Sequence record: DRR723986_6299
Length of the DNA: 38,141 nucleotides
Reading direction: 5' to 3' (one strand)
Under the pieces are notes generated by a model. It made no database searches. It had not been told where the DNA came from and worked only from the letters and a program-made list of their open reading frames with translations. Made by a program: the position numbers and the translations under genes. Shown one piece after another: positions 1 to 7,782 of this stretch. The stretch's first letter is position 1. Every line of letters begins with the position of its first letter.

Positions 1-27
1 ATTGCAGGGTCAAGCCCTGCAATGACG
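1..27. repeat. Right end of a CGTC-tagged REP-like palindromic element, truncated by the window edge
   Basis: Hairpin ATTGCAGGG-TCAAG-CCCTGCAAT followed by GACG; the reverse complement reads CGTCATTGCAGGGCTTGACCCTGCAAT. Confidence 0.65.
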
Positions 28-232
28 GGGATTGAGGAGTGGTCAGTCTTTTGGTTTGAGATGCGCCTTGCGCTGGCTGGAACTTGGCCTTCAGCGTGTC
101 CATCTCTCTCATCATGCCATGGCATCCATGCCGTTCGGTTTCTGCTCGTAGGGTTTTAACCTGAGGCATGGAGAGAGCGGTCTACACGCTGTCTCAGAGC
201 ATGAGAGCCTTTGTGCCGGACAGTCGGATCAG

Positions 233-1603
233 TCAGGCGGCTATCTGGTTGCCGTGAACGGTGAGATTGTCGAATTCTGAAACATTGTTCAGTTCACCGG
301 TCGCTTTTTCGAGCCAGCGGTAGCCGTTGATCGCGCCCTGACGCGAACCTTGAACAATGTTGTTGGTGATGACGGCAGCGCCCGCGCCATCAACCACGGT
401 GACAGCAATGCCCGTGCCGCAGTCCCGAACAACGTTCTGGGAGGCTGCGATGTTGCGCATATAGGGGCCCCAGCCGAGCATCAGGCCGAATTTCGGTGCG
501 CCCTCAACCACATTGCCGGTCAGCGTTGTATCCGCTTCAACGGCAATGCCGATGCCGAAGCCGGCCACTTCCGGCGGGTAGGGGCCTTCCTTCTTGATGT
601 TGCGGATCAGGTTGCCGGAGCAGACCGCCATACGGCCGCCATCCATGAAGTTGGCGATGGATATGCCGATCGTACCGCCGTCAACGATATTGTTGGAAAT
701 GACTGCTCCCTGGAAACCGAACTCGGAATAGATCGCCGTTTCTCCGGAGCGCAGGCAGGAATTACCGATGATCTGGACGTTGGAACCTGCATTGGAGCGG
801 ATTGCGGAGAAGGCGCAATCCGCCACGCGGTTGTTGGAAACCATGACGCCATGAGCGCGGAATACATTGATGCCGTTGCCGAACTGGCCGGTGCCGCCGT
901 AGCGAGCGCCGATACGTTCCACCCGGTTGCCGGAAACGATGGTTCCGTCCTCGCCTTCGCGCCAGCGGTGCACCCAGATGCCGCCGTTGGCGCAGTCGGT
1001 TACCGTGTTTCCGGTGATGGCAAGGCCGTTTGCCTCGTTCGAGCGCAGTCCTGCTTCCGCGGCACCGGAGATCCGGCAATTTTCGACCCGGCCCGAACAG
1101 CGGTCCAGCAACAGTCCCATCTTGGAAGAACCGGTGATCTCGCAATTGTCCAGCGTGACGTTCTTGACGTTGATGAAATGCAGCAGGCCCTCGGTGAAAT
1201 CGCCGATGGATCGATTGGCGCCATCGAAGGTAATCCCGGTCAGACCGACATTGGCAACATCCTCGGCACGGATCAACTGACCGCCGCCGCCCTGGTAGAC
1301 GAGCCGTGTTCTGCCGGGAACCCCGACAATCAATGTGCCAGAGGGAAGACGCAGATTGGCGACCGGATAGGTGCCGGCAGGCAGGAACAGCGCGCGGCCA
1401 CGCTCAACGGCACGATTGACGGCATTCTGGAATTGAGCGGTCTGGTCATCTGCCGCGTTGGGAAGAAGACCAAGATCCTCTGAGTCGATAGAACCGCGCA
1501 GGTCGGCAACCTTCATCTGGGCCGTGGCGACTGTCCCGGAAAGACACAATGCTGTCCCGGCAAGAAACGCGCGTCGGTTCAGTTTTGAAAGATTACGTGT
1601 CAT
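233..1603 (-). CDS. Tat-exported right-handed beta-helix repeat protein (TIGR03808-like)
   Basis: ATG at 1603 gives the twin-arginine signal LNRRAFL...ATA; pectin-lyase-like start DDQTAQFQNAVN...LFLPAGTY; many (V/I)xGNxV/I beta-helix repeats. Confidence 0.85.
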   Translation of the reverse strand: MTRNLSKLNRRAFLAGTALCLSGTVATAQMKVADLRGSIDSEDLGLLPNAADDQTAQFQNAVNRAVERGRALFLPAGTYPVANLRLPSGTLIVGVPGRTRLVYQGGGGQLIRAEDVANVGLTGITFDGANRSIGDFTEGLLHFINVKNVTLDNCEITGSSKMGLLLDRCSGRVENCRISGAAEAGLRSNEANGLAITGNTVTDCANGGIWVHRWREGEDGTIVSGNRVERIGARYGGTGQFGNGINVFRAHGVMVSNNRVADCAFSAIRSNAGSNVQIIGNSCLRSGETAIYSEFGFQGAVISNNIVDGGTIGISIANFMDGGRMAVCSGNLIRNIKKEGPYPPEVAGFGIGIAVEADTTLTGNVVEGAPKFGLMLGWGPYMRNIAASQNVVRDCGTGIAVTVVDGAGAAVITNNIVQGSRQGAINGYRWLEKATGELNNVSEFDNLTVHGNQIAA

Positions 1604-1721
1604 CGATCCGGCCAATTGCTTTCCGACGTCCCGGATTGGGATGCGCCTCAAGTGTCTGTGGCTGAAATCGCAAGAGCCGTGCCGGATTGGCATTTTCGAG
1701 ACCGCACACTGTAACCGGCGG

Positions 1722-1759
1722 AAAAAAAGAGACCGGCCAGACACATGGTCTGGCCGGTC
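1722..1759 (-). terminator. Rho-independent terminator of the YHS gene
   Basis: 12-bp stem GACCGGCCAGAC/GTCTGGCCGGTC (1731-1759) with an A7 run at 1722-1728, which is a U tract on the minus strand. Confidence 0.8.
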
Positions 1760-1802
1760 AGGTAACCGGTCTACAGGGGCAGAAGAGACCGGTCAGAGGC
1801 GA

Positions 1803-2276
1803 TTAGAGGCTGCTCGGGTCAACGCTTTCCAGACCAACCCAGTTTTCGTCAGCCTTGGAAATGAAGCCCGGTACGTCCTTGTTCCAACGTTCCTGGATCG
1901 ACGGTGCGAGGTTCAGGTAAAGCTTGTTGTCGACGATCTTCCACAGGTCCGGGTCACCATCGACCTTCACACCCATGGCAGCACCGAAGGCGCAGAAACC
2001 GCCGTATTGCGGAAGATATTTTTCCGGGTTCTGCTTGAAGAGATCGCGGTTCTCTTCAGAGGCGAAACGGTAGGTGGCGCCGTTGTGAACTTCGGTAATG
2101 GCAATGTCGCCGTCCTGCGGAGCGCCATTGACGAAATAGGAAACCGGATCGACACCGCGCAGGGCCAGGCCGGTGATGGTGGCGTTGACGTCAAAACCGG
2201 CACCGAAAGCGCTGGAGACAAGCCCGGTGACGACGACCAGGGCGGCAACTGAGCCGCGAATGAGGTTTGCAAACAT
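1803..2276 (-). CDS. Secreted YHS-domain protein (YHS (seleno)protein family, Cys form)
   Basis: Signal peptide; family motifs GVDPVSYF, YRFASEENRDLF, YLPQYGGFCAFG, WKIVDNKLYLN; the Cys codon is TGC; GGGAG SD upstream. Confidence 0.9.
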   Translation of the reverse strand: MFANLIRGSVAALVVVTGLVSSAFGAGFDVNATITGLALRGVDPVSYFVNGAPQDGDIAITEVHNGATYRFASEENRDLFKQNPEKYLPQYGGFCAFGAAMGVKVDGDPDLWKIVDNKLYLNLAPSIQERWNKDVPGFISKADENWVGLESVDPSSL

Positions 2277-2337
2277 CTGAAGACACTCCCAAGGGGTTGA
2301 ATTGGTCCGGCAAAGACGTGTTCAAGCGATCTTGAAA

Positions 2338-2422
2338 TAGGAACCGATTGGTTCCTAATCGGTCGCACTTGACCAACCCTGCCGGTGGTTCCTAAATAGA
2401 GTTAGGAACCGAATGGTACAAA
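2338..2422. promoter_or_regulatory. TetR operator array in the divergent promoter region
   Basis: Perfect TAGGAACC-GATT-GGTTCCTA (2338-2357), a half-site GGTTCCTA (2387-2394) and an imperfect TAGGAACC-GAAT-GGTACAAA (2403-2422). Confidence 0.8.
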
Positions 2423-2479
2423 ACACAAGCGCGTGACACGTGGTTGAGTTTTTTGTGAAGTGGCTTGACGGGAGATCGC

Positions 2480-3058
2480 ATGGCAAGACCTCGGGAATTC
2501 GACGCCGATGAGGCATTGGAAAAAGCCATGGAGCTGTTCTGGGACGTTGGCTATGACGAAGCCTCGCTGTCCGAACTGCTCGATGCCATGGCCATTACCA
2601 AGGGTTCTTTCTACAAGGCGTTCCAGGACAAACAGTCGGTCTATCTGGCGGCACTCGACAGGTACAACGATCAGGTTGTCAGCAACACGGTCGCTTTTCT
2701 TGGTGACCCTTCAGAAGGGGCGGGACGGGACCGGATACTTTCCTTGTTCGGCCGCATTGCCGAGCTCGCCCAGAAAGATGGCGACAGGCTTGGCTGCTTT
2801 CTGTGCAATGCCCTGGTCGACAAGGCGGGGGGCGCAGAGGCAGAGGCAAGGCTGCAGGCCATGACAAGGCGTCTGGAGAACGGTTTTTACCGCGCGCTTC
2901 AGGACGATGGGCTTGAGGGAACAGAAGCTCGTGGCACCGCGCGCGGCGTACTGACAGCCTATTTCGGCTTGCGGGTTCTCGGCCGGGCGGGATTGTCCGC
3001 CGACATGGCGGCCGATTGCATCCGCCAGGTCGAGAGACTGCTTGGCCGAGTGCATTGA
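2480..3058 (+). CDS. TetR/AcrR family regulator (NemR/ComR-like)
   Basis: MARPREFD...AMELFWDVGY..S..EL...ITKGSFYKAFQDK HTH; GCFLCN motif; GGGAG SD before ATG at 2480. Confidence 0.92.
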   Translation: MARPREFDADEALEKAMELFWDVGYDEASLSELLDAMAITKGSFYKAFQDKQSVYLAALDRYNDQVVSNTVAFLGDPSEGAGRDRILSLFGRIAELAQKDGDRLGCFLCNALVDKAGGAEAEARLQAMTRRLENGFYRALQDDGLEGTEARGTARGVLTAYFGLRVLGRAGLSADMAADCIRQVERLLGRVH

Positions 3059-3134
3059 GGCAGGAGCAGGTGGTTTATTGAGGCTCGAGGACTTTGAAAC
3101 CGCGAAATACTGAATTTCAGATAACCCAATACCA

Positions 3135-3240
3135 CCTCATCCTGAGAGAGCACGAAGTGCTGTCTCGAAGGATGGACGACACATTCGGGAGCAAGCGGTC
3201 CATCCTTCGAGACGGGCTTTCAGCCTTCCTCAGGATGAGG
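3135..3240. repeat. REP/RIME-like composite palindromic element, copy 1
   Basis: Terminal IR CCTCATCCTGAG/CTCAGGATGAGG, inner IR GTCTCGAAGGATGGAC/GTCCATCCTTCGAGAC and side hairpins; lies between convergent genes; second copy at 6173. Confidence 0.9.
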
Positions 3241-3289
3241 GAGATGGGATGAGGGGAAAGTTCTTCAGGAGAGTGTCCCGAGCCTCCCC

Positions 3290-3901
3290 CTATCGCAGGC
3301 GCCTTGCCAGTTCGCGCAGAATGCGGACCGCGGCTTCTTCGATGACAGGGTAGGCGGGTCTCGTATCGCGCGGACCTTTCGGCAAAGCCGGAACGTGAAC
3401 GAAGATGCTGGCAATGCCCGAGCCGATGGAATCCCACAAGGTGGCATTGCAGAGATAGGTTCCGGCGTTGGTGGAAAGCTGTGCGGGTGCACCTGCGGCA
3501 AGCGCAGCATCGCGCAGGGCCCTGGCAGGCAGGGTTGAGCTCCGCGCGCGCTCTTGAGACATTGCCAGTTCCGGCCTCGCCGGTGCTCTGCCCAACGCAT
3601 CCGGACGCACGCGTACGGCTTTGTTGACGGCCCTTGTTTCAATATTGATCGTTCTCCGCGTCCCGTCGACGCCGAAGTGCACGATGGCGTCTGGCGAAAG
3701 GGTGGTGCGGAGCCGGTCTGTGACATCCTCACGCCCTGCCCAGGTTGTCGGCAGGACATGGAAGACGAAGTCGACACCTGACTGATGCGCCCCAATGCGT
3801 TTGGCGAGCCGTCTCATGAGGCGCTCCGTCGGATTGACGGGTGCCCCCGGGAACGGCGAAAAACCGGTCACCAGAACGGTCTTGCGTCCTGAAGTGTTCA
3901 T
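3290..3901 (-). CDS. pcp: Pyroglutamyl-peptidase I (peptidase C15)
   Basis: VLVTGFSPFPGAPVNPT; catalytic Glu (INIETRA), Cys (AGTYLCN) and His (FVHVP); ATGA overlap with the meaB stop. Confidence 0.9.
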   Translation of the reverse strand: MNTSGRKTVLVTGFSPFPGAPVNPTERLMRRLAKRIGAHQSGVDFVFHVLPTTWAGREDVTDRLRTTLSPDAIVHFGVDGTRRTINIETRAVNKAVRVRPDALGRAPARPELAMSQERARSSTLPARALRDAALAAGAPAQLSTNAGTYLCNATLWDSIGSGIASIFVHVPALPKGPRDTRPAYPVIEEAAVRILRELARRLR

Positions 3902-4896
3902 TCGCCAAGCCCCATCAAGGTCGCTAATTCGTCCACCGCGAGCGAGACAGCGGTCTTGCCGCCGCGCACTTCCTCCTCCAGGGATTTGAGACGGTCGGCG
4001 GTACGCGTGTTCGATGTCAGGGCTTCCATCATGCGCTGCTGAAGCATGTCCCACATCCAGGCGACTTGTTGTCCGCTGCGTTTTTGATGCCATTCACCGC
4101 TGGCCTGCATGCGCTCGCGAAACACCGTGATCTGCTCCCACAGGTGATCCAGCCCTTCGTTGGCGAGGCCAGACACCGTGATGACAGGCGGCGTCCATGT
4201 GGGCGACTTGGGAGCAAGAATATGCAGCGCTGCGCGATAGTCCGAGGCAGCGGTACGGGCACGGGTAGCGCCGTCGCCGTCGGCCTTGTTGACGGCGATC
4301 ATGTCGGCGATCTCAAGAACGCCCTTCTTTATGCCCTGAAGCTCGTCACCGGCGCCAGGCAGCATCAGGACCAGAAAGAAGTCGACCATGTCGGCAACAG
4401 TGGTTTCCGATTGTCCGATGCCGACGGTTTCAACCAGGATCACGTCGTACCCGGCGGCCTCGCACAACAGCATGGTTTCGCGCGTCTTCGCGGCGACCCC
4501 ACCAAGCGTGCCGGCGGAAGGCGAAGGGCGGATGAAGGCGTTCTGATCCACCGCGAGCTGGGCCATTCGTGTCTTGTCACCCAGGATCGACCCACCGGTA
4601 CGGGTCGATGACGGATCGACCGCCAGAACGGCGACCTTGTGCCCGGCGGCTGTCAGGTTGGATCCCAGCGTGTCGATGGTCGTGGACTTGCCGACACCTG
4701 GCACGCCGGTGATGCCGACCCTGAGGGCCTTGCCTGTGAGGGGTAGCAGTTCCTGGATCAGATGCTGGGCAAGGCGGCGATGCTCGCGCTTGCGCGATTC
4801 CACAAGCGTGATGGCGCGGGCAAGCGCAGCGCGCTGTCCGGCTTTCAGACCGTCCGCCAGCTTCGCGGGGTCGAGATTTCGTGCCGTTGTCATCAT
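3898..4896 (-). CDS. meaB: Methylmalonyl-CoA mutase-associated GTPase MeaB
   Basis: LARAITLVES, GITGVPGVGKST, AVDPSS..TGGSILGDKTRM, ETVGIGQSE, GDELQGIKKG, VNKADG. Confidence 0.97.
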   Translation of the reverse strand: MMTTARNLDPAKLADGLKAGQRAALARAITLVESRKREHRRLAQHLIQELLPLTGKALRVGITGVPGVGKSTTIDTLGSNLTAAGHKVAVLAVDPSSTRTGGSILGDKTRMAQLAVDQNAFIRPSPSAGTLGGVAAKTRETMLLCEAAGYDVILVETVGIGQSETTVADMVDFFLVLMLPGAGDELQGIKKGVLEIADMIAVNKADGDGATRARTAASDYRAALHILAPKSPTWTPPVITVSGLANEGLDHLWEQITVFRERMQASGEWHQKRSGQQVAWMWDMLQQRMMEALTSNTRTADRLKSLEEEVRGGKTAVSLAVDELATLMGLGE

Positions 4897-5072
4897 GCCT
4901 CAAGGTGTTAGCGCAGGATTCGGCAAAGGTCACTGCCGCCAAAGGGTGAAGACGCATTCGCGACGCGTTCTGACGGCGCAAAACAGCGCCGAAACGGATG
5001 GAAACATTGAAACCCGCAGGCAAAAACGTGTTAGATACACGCCACTTCGATGAAATTCATTTTTGGTGCTGC

Positions 5073-6110
5073 ATGACACCCTTGTCCTATCTGAAAGCCC
5101 CGTTCTGGGTTCTGGGTCTCGCCGGAACCGACAAGTCTCCGCGCAAGAATCCGCTTCTGGGAAGCGAGAGGCTGAATACCTGGGGCCTGCACAAGAAAAG
5201 AGTGCAGCTTGCTGCCGATCTTGCAGCACGCAGACGCGCGAAGCTGGCGCATCTGGTTGATCGGGACCAGCAGGCTTTCTTCGATGAGAACGGCTATTTC
5301 CTGGTCAAGAACTTCCTGCCGGAAGAAACTTTCCGCCAGCTCAAGGAAGAAGTGTTCAACCAGCCGTTCGAATCGCGGGAGATGCGTCAGGGCCAGGCGG
5401 TGACGCGGATGACCTTGCTGCCGCCGGAGGTGTTGCGCAAAAACGCTGCGTTGGCTCAGGCGGTGCGTGATCCGCGTGCGATCAACATGATCCGCTATGC
5501 CGCCTCGCAGGGCGGACAGCCACTCAACTTCATTCAGACGGTCCTGGTAGAGCCGCTGAAGGTGAAGAAAAAAGATCCGCAGTCCGATGCTCACGCAGAT
5601 ACGTTCCACGCGACGTCCAAGGCCTGGCTGTTCCTGCAGGACGTCGGCGAGGACGACGGGCCCTTCTTCTTCGTCCCAGGCTCACACAAGCTCACGAAGG
5701 AGCGGCTGGAATGGGAGTATGAATGCTCCCTGAGCGCAGCCAAGGACCTGAGGTCCCACCATGCCAGCGGGTCTTTCCGGATCAAGGCGGATGAGCTTGC
5801 ATCCCTTGGCCTGCCGCAGCCCAAGAAGATGGCGGTGCCGGAAAACACGTTGATCGTGGCCGATACCTTTGCCTTTCACGGCCGCACGCCGTCCGACAAA
5901 CCGACAGTCCGTTCGGAAATCCACTGGCACATGCGCCGCAATCCGTTCCTGCCGTGGACCGGCGGCGACCTGAAATCCATGCCGGGTTTGAAGGATCGCG
6001 GCATGCCGGTTCTGATGGATCTTGCGGATGTGGCTGAAAAGACGCTGAAGCAGCGCAACGTGTGGCGCAAGGTGGGCGAAGTCATGGTGCGCTCGCAGCC
6101 GCATGTGTGA
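5073..6110 (+). CDS. Phytanoyl-CoA dioxygenase (PhyH)-like Fe(II)/2-oxoglutarate dioxygenase
   Basis: FDENGYFLVKNFL, HADTFH (HxD), WLFLQDV..DDGPF.FVPGSH, distal FHGR; start codon uncertain. Confidence 0.85.
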   Translation: MTPLSYLKAPFWVLGLAGTDKSPRKNPLLGSERLNTWGLHKKRVQLAADLAARRRAKLAHLVDRDQQAFFDENGYFLVKNFLPEETFRQLKEEVFNQPFESREMRQGQAVTRMTLLPPEVLRKNAALAQAVRDPRAINMIRYAASQGGQPLNFIQTVLVEPLKVKKKDPQSDAHADTFHATSKAWLFLQDVGEDDGPFFFVPGSHKLTKERLEWEYECSLSAAKDLRSHHASGSFRIKADELASLGLPQPKKMAVPENTLIVADTFAFHGRTPSDKPTVRSEIHWHMRRNPFLPWTGGDLKSMPGLKDRGMPVLMDLADVAEKTLKQRNVWRKVGEVMVRSQPHV

Positions 6111-6172
6111 GGGCTGAGGTGTCTTCTGATTTCTTCGTTTCAAAGATCCGATAGTCAATTGTTCCCATCCAA

Positions 6173-6280
6173 CCTCATCCTGAGGAGGACCATCAGGTCC
6201 GTCTCGAAGGATGGGACACTTGCTCAAGTGTGTGCCGCCCATCCTTCGAGACAGCGCTTTCGCGCTTCCTCAGGATGAGG
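6173..6280. repeat. REP/RIME-like composite palindromic element, copy 2
   Basis: CCTCATCCTGAGGA/TCCTCAGGATGAGG termini, GTCTCGAAGGATGGG/CCCATCCTTCGAGAC inner IR and hairpins GGACC/GGTCC, AGCGC/GCGCT, CACTTG/CAAGTG; lies between convergent genes. Confidence 0.9.
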
Positions 6281-6330
6281 GGGAAATTGGGGGTGATCTG
6301 TCGGAATGAACCTGGCCGGCCGTGTAACCG

Positions 6331-6921
6331 TCAGCTCTTCGGCGTCCAGAGGATCCGCTGGAGCTGTGCATCGAACAGGTCGTTTTCAGCCGGAAGGCGG
6401 TCGAACGGGCCGTCGTAGCCCGGGATCGCGTAGACCAGTTCCACGTTCGGATGGCCATCGGAATGGCAGATTGCCATGCCGCGCCACAAGTTTTGTCCGA
6501 CCCGGCAATCGGCACGTGAGGAGCCGATTTCGGAGAAGGTCATGCCGATCCGTTCGCCGTTCGGGCCCTGCAGGTGGTGTGTCACACCGTGGACGGTGCG
6601 GACCTTGCCGTTCTGACCCTTGAACACCTGCAACACCTGAAAGCCGTCACTGTTGAAAGCTGCTAGTGCCCACTCGGTGGAGTTTTCGTTGGCGGTCTGA
6701 ATGCCTTCGGTGGTGAAGCCGGGCAGGGCTGCCTCAATGGCTTTCTGGCCGTATTGGGTTTCACCGGTAATGCCGCCGACATGATCTTCCGCGATTTGCA
6801 CCAGCGTGATGTTGGATGTCCGCACCAGGCGCCCGGATGTGCCGTCCAGATCCGCCGTCGGTGCGCAGGCCGCTCCCGTAAGTGCGAAAAGGCAGGCAAA
6901 ACCGATAGCAGTTAGACGCAT
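6331..6921 (-). CDS. DUF1131 (YfeY-like) lipoprotein
   Basis: Lipoprotein signal ending GAA-C; VGGITGET, RIGMTFSEI, paired Cys and the C-terminal LQRILWTP resemble DUF1131. Confidence 0.7.
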   Translation of the reverse strand: MRLTAIGFACLFALTGAACAPTADLDGTSGRLVRTSNITLVQIAEDHVGGITGETQYGQKAIEAALPGFTTEGIQTANENSTEWALAAFNSDGFQVLQVFKGQNGKVRTVHGVTHHLQGPNGERIGMTFSEIGSSRADCRVGQNLWRGMAICHSDGHPNVELVYAIPGYDGPFDRLPAENDLFDAQLQRILWTPKS

Positions 6922-7097
6922 GATGATACTCGGGCTGATTGGGCTGCGCCGAAGTGCGCAGAAGCGATACGGGATTTACCAAGTAACGTCTTGTTTGCAA
7001 AGAGAGCGATGCCCCCCTGTGGTGCCCCCTGTGGACAGTCCCGAAGCTTGCAGGCAATTGCCGCAGGGGCATCAAGGCTTGCGTTTCAGCGTACCGG

Positions 7098-7679
7098 TCA
7101 GGTTTCGTCCCGGTTGATCCATTTGGGTGCGGAAGGGGGCGTATAGTTTTCGAACTGGCGGATCATATCCAGCGGAGAACTGGCGATCTGCGCCATGTCG
7201 CGCATCACCTGTTTGGTGAAACCCTGGTCTGTCTGGTGATCTAGGAAGGCGATCAGGTGATCGTAATAGCCTTCGGCATTGAGGAAACCGCAAGGCTTCT
7301 TGTGATAACCGAGCTGGCCCCAGGTCCAGACTTCGAAAATTTCTTCGAGCGTACCAACGCCGCCCGGAAGGGCTATGAAGGCGTCGGACAAGTCTGCCAT
7401 CATCGCCTTGCGCTCATGCATCGAATCCACTAGATGCAGTTCGCTCAATCCTTCGTGGCCGATTTCCTTGTCCTGAAGAGATCGCGGCAGCACGCCGATC
7501 ACCTTGCCACCGGCTTCAAGTGCCGCGTCGGCAACGGTGCCCATCAGGCCAACCTTGGCGCCGCCATAGACAAGCGTGTAGCCCTGTTCGGCGATGACGC
7601 GTCCCGTTTCGCGCGCAATATCCGCATATGCCTCGAGAGCGCCGTAGCTGGAGCCACAAAAGACGCAAATGGATTTCAT
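7098..7679 (-). CDS. LOG family nucleotide 5'-monophosphate phosphoribohydrolase (TIGR00730)
   Basis: ICVFCGSS, LVYGG..VGLMG, MHERKAMM, ALPGGVGTLEE (PGGxGTxEE). Confidence 0.95.
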   Translation of the reverse strand: MKSICVFCGSSYGALEAYADIARETGRVIAEQGYTLVYGGAKVGLMGTVADAALEAGGKVIGVLPRSLQDKEIGHEGLSELHLVDSMHERKAMMADLSDAFIALPGGVGTLEEIFEVWTWGQLGYHKKPCGFLNAEGYYDHLIAFLDHQTDQGFTKQVMRDMAQIASSPLDMIRQFENYTPPSAPKWINRDET

Positions 7680-7742
7680 GTCTGTTCTCCGGTCGCTGAG
7701 GTAGCAGGCTCTGCCCTCAGGAATTTTGATCGTGTTCGATCC

Positions 7743-7774
7743 ATGACACGCGGGCCTGTGGGCCCGCGTGTCAT
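7743..7774 (-). terminator. Stem-loop just downstream of the dipeptidase gene (terminator or mRNA-stability element)
   Basis: Perfect 14-bp stem ATGACACGCGGGCC-TGTG-GGCCCGCGTGTCAT; no U tract. Confidence 0.55.
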
Positions 7775-7782
7775 CTTCAAGG

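Noticed and set aside
1604..1744. Longer N-terminus for the beta-helix gene, and similar extensions for pcp, the LuxR gene, dctP and the Rid gene
   Set aside because: These extensions run into terminators, upstream genes or intergenic DNA; downstream ATGs give proper signal peptides, SD sites or family N-termini.
1803..2276. Selenoprotein
   Set aside because: The relevant codon is TGC (Cys) and there is no in-frame TGA.
3135..6280. CRISPR array or composite transposon bounded by the two repeats
   Set aside because: Only two copies 3 kb apart, no spacer periodicity, no cas or transposase gene, and the enclosed genes are housekeeping.
7009..7073. Short tandem duplication TGCCCC(C)CTGTGG within a loose stem
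   Set aside because: Only two ~13-bp units, most simply local slippage in a terminator-like hairpin after the LOG gene.
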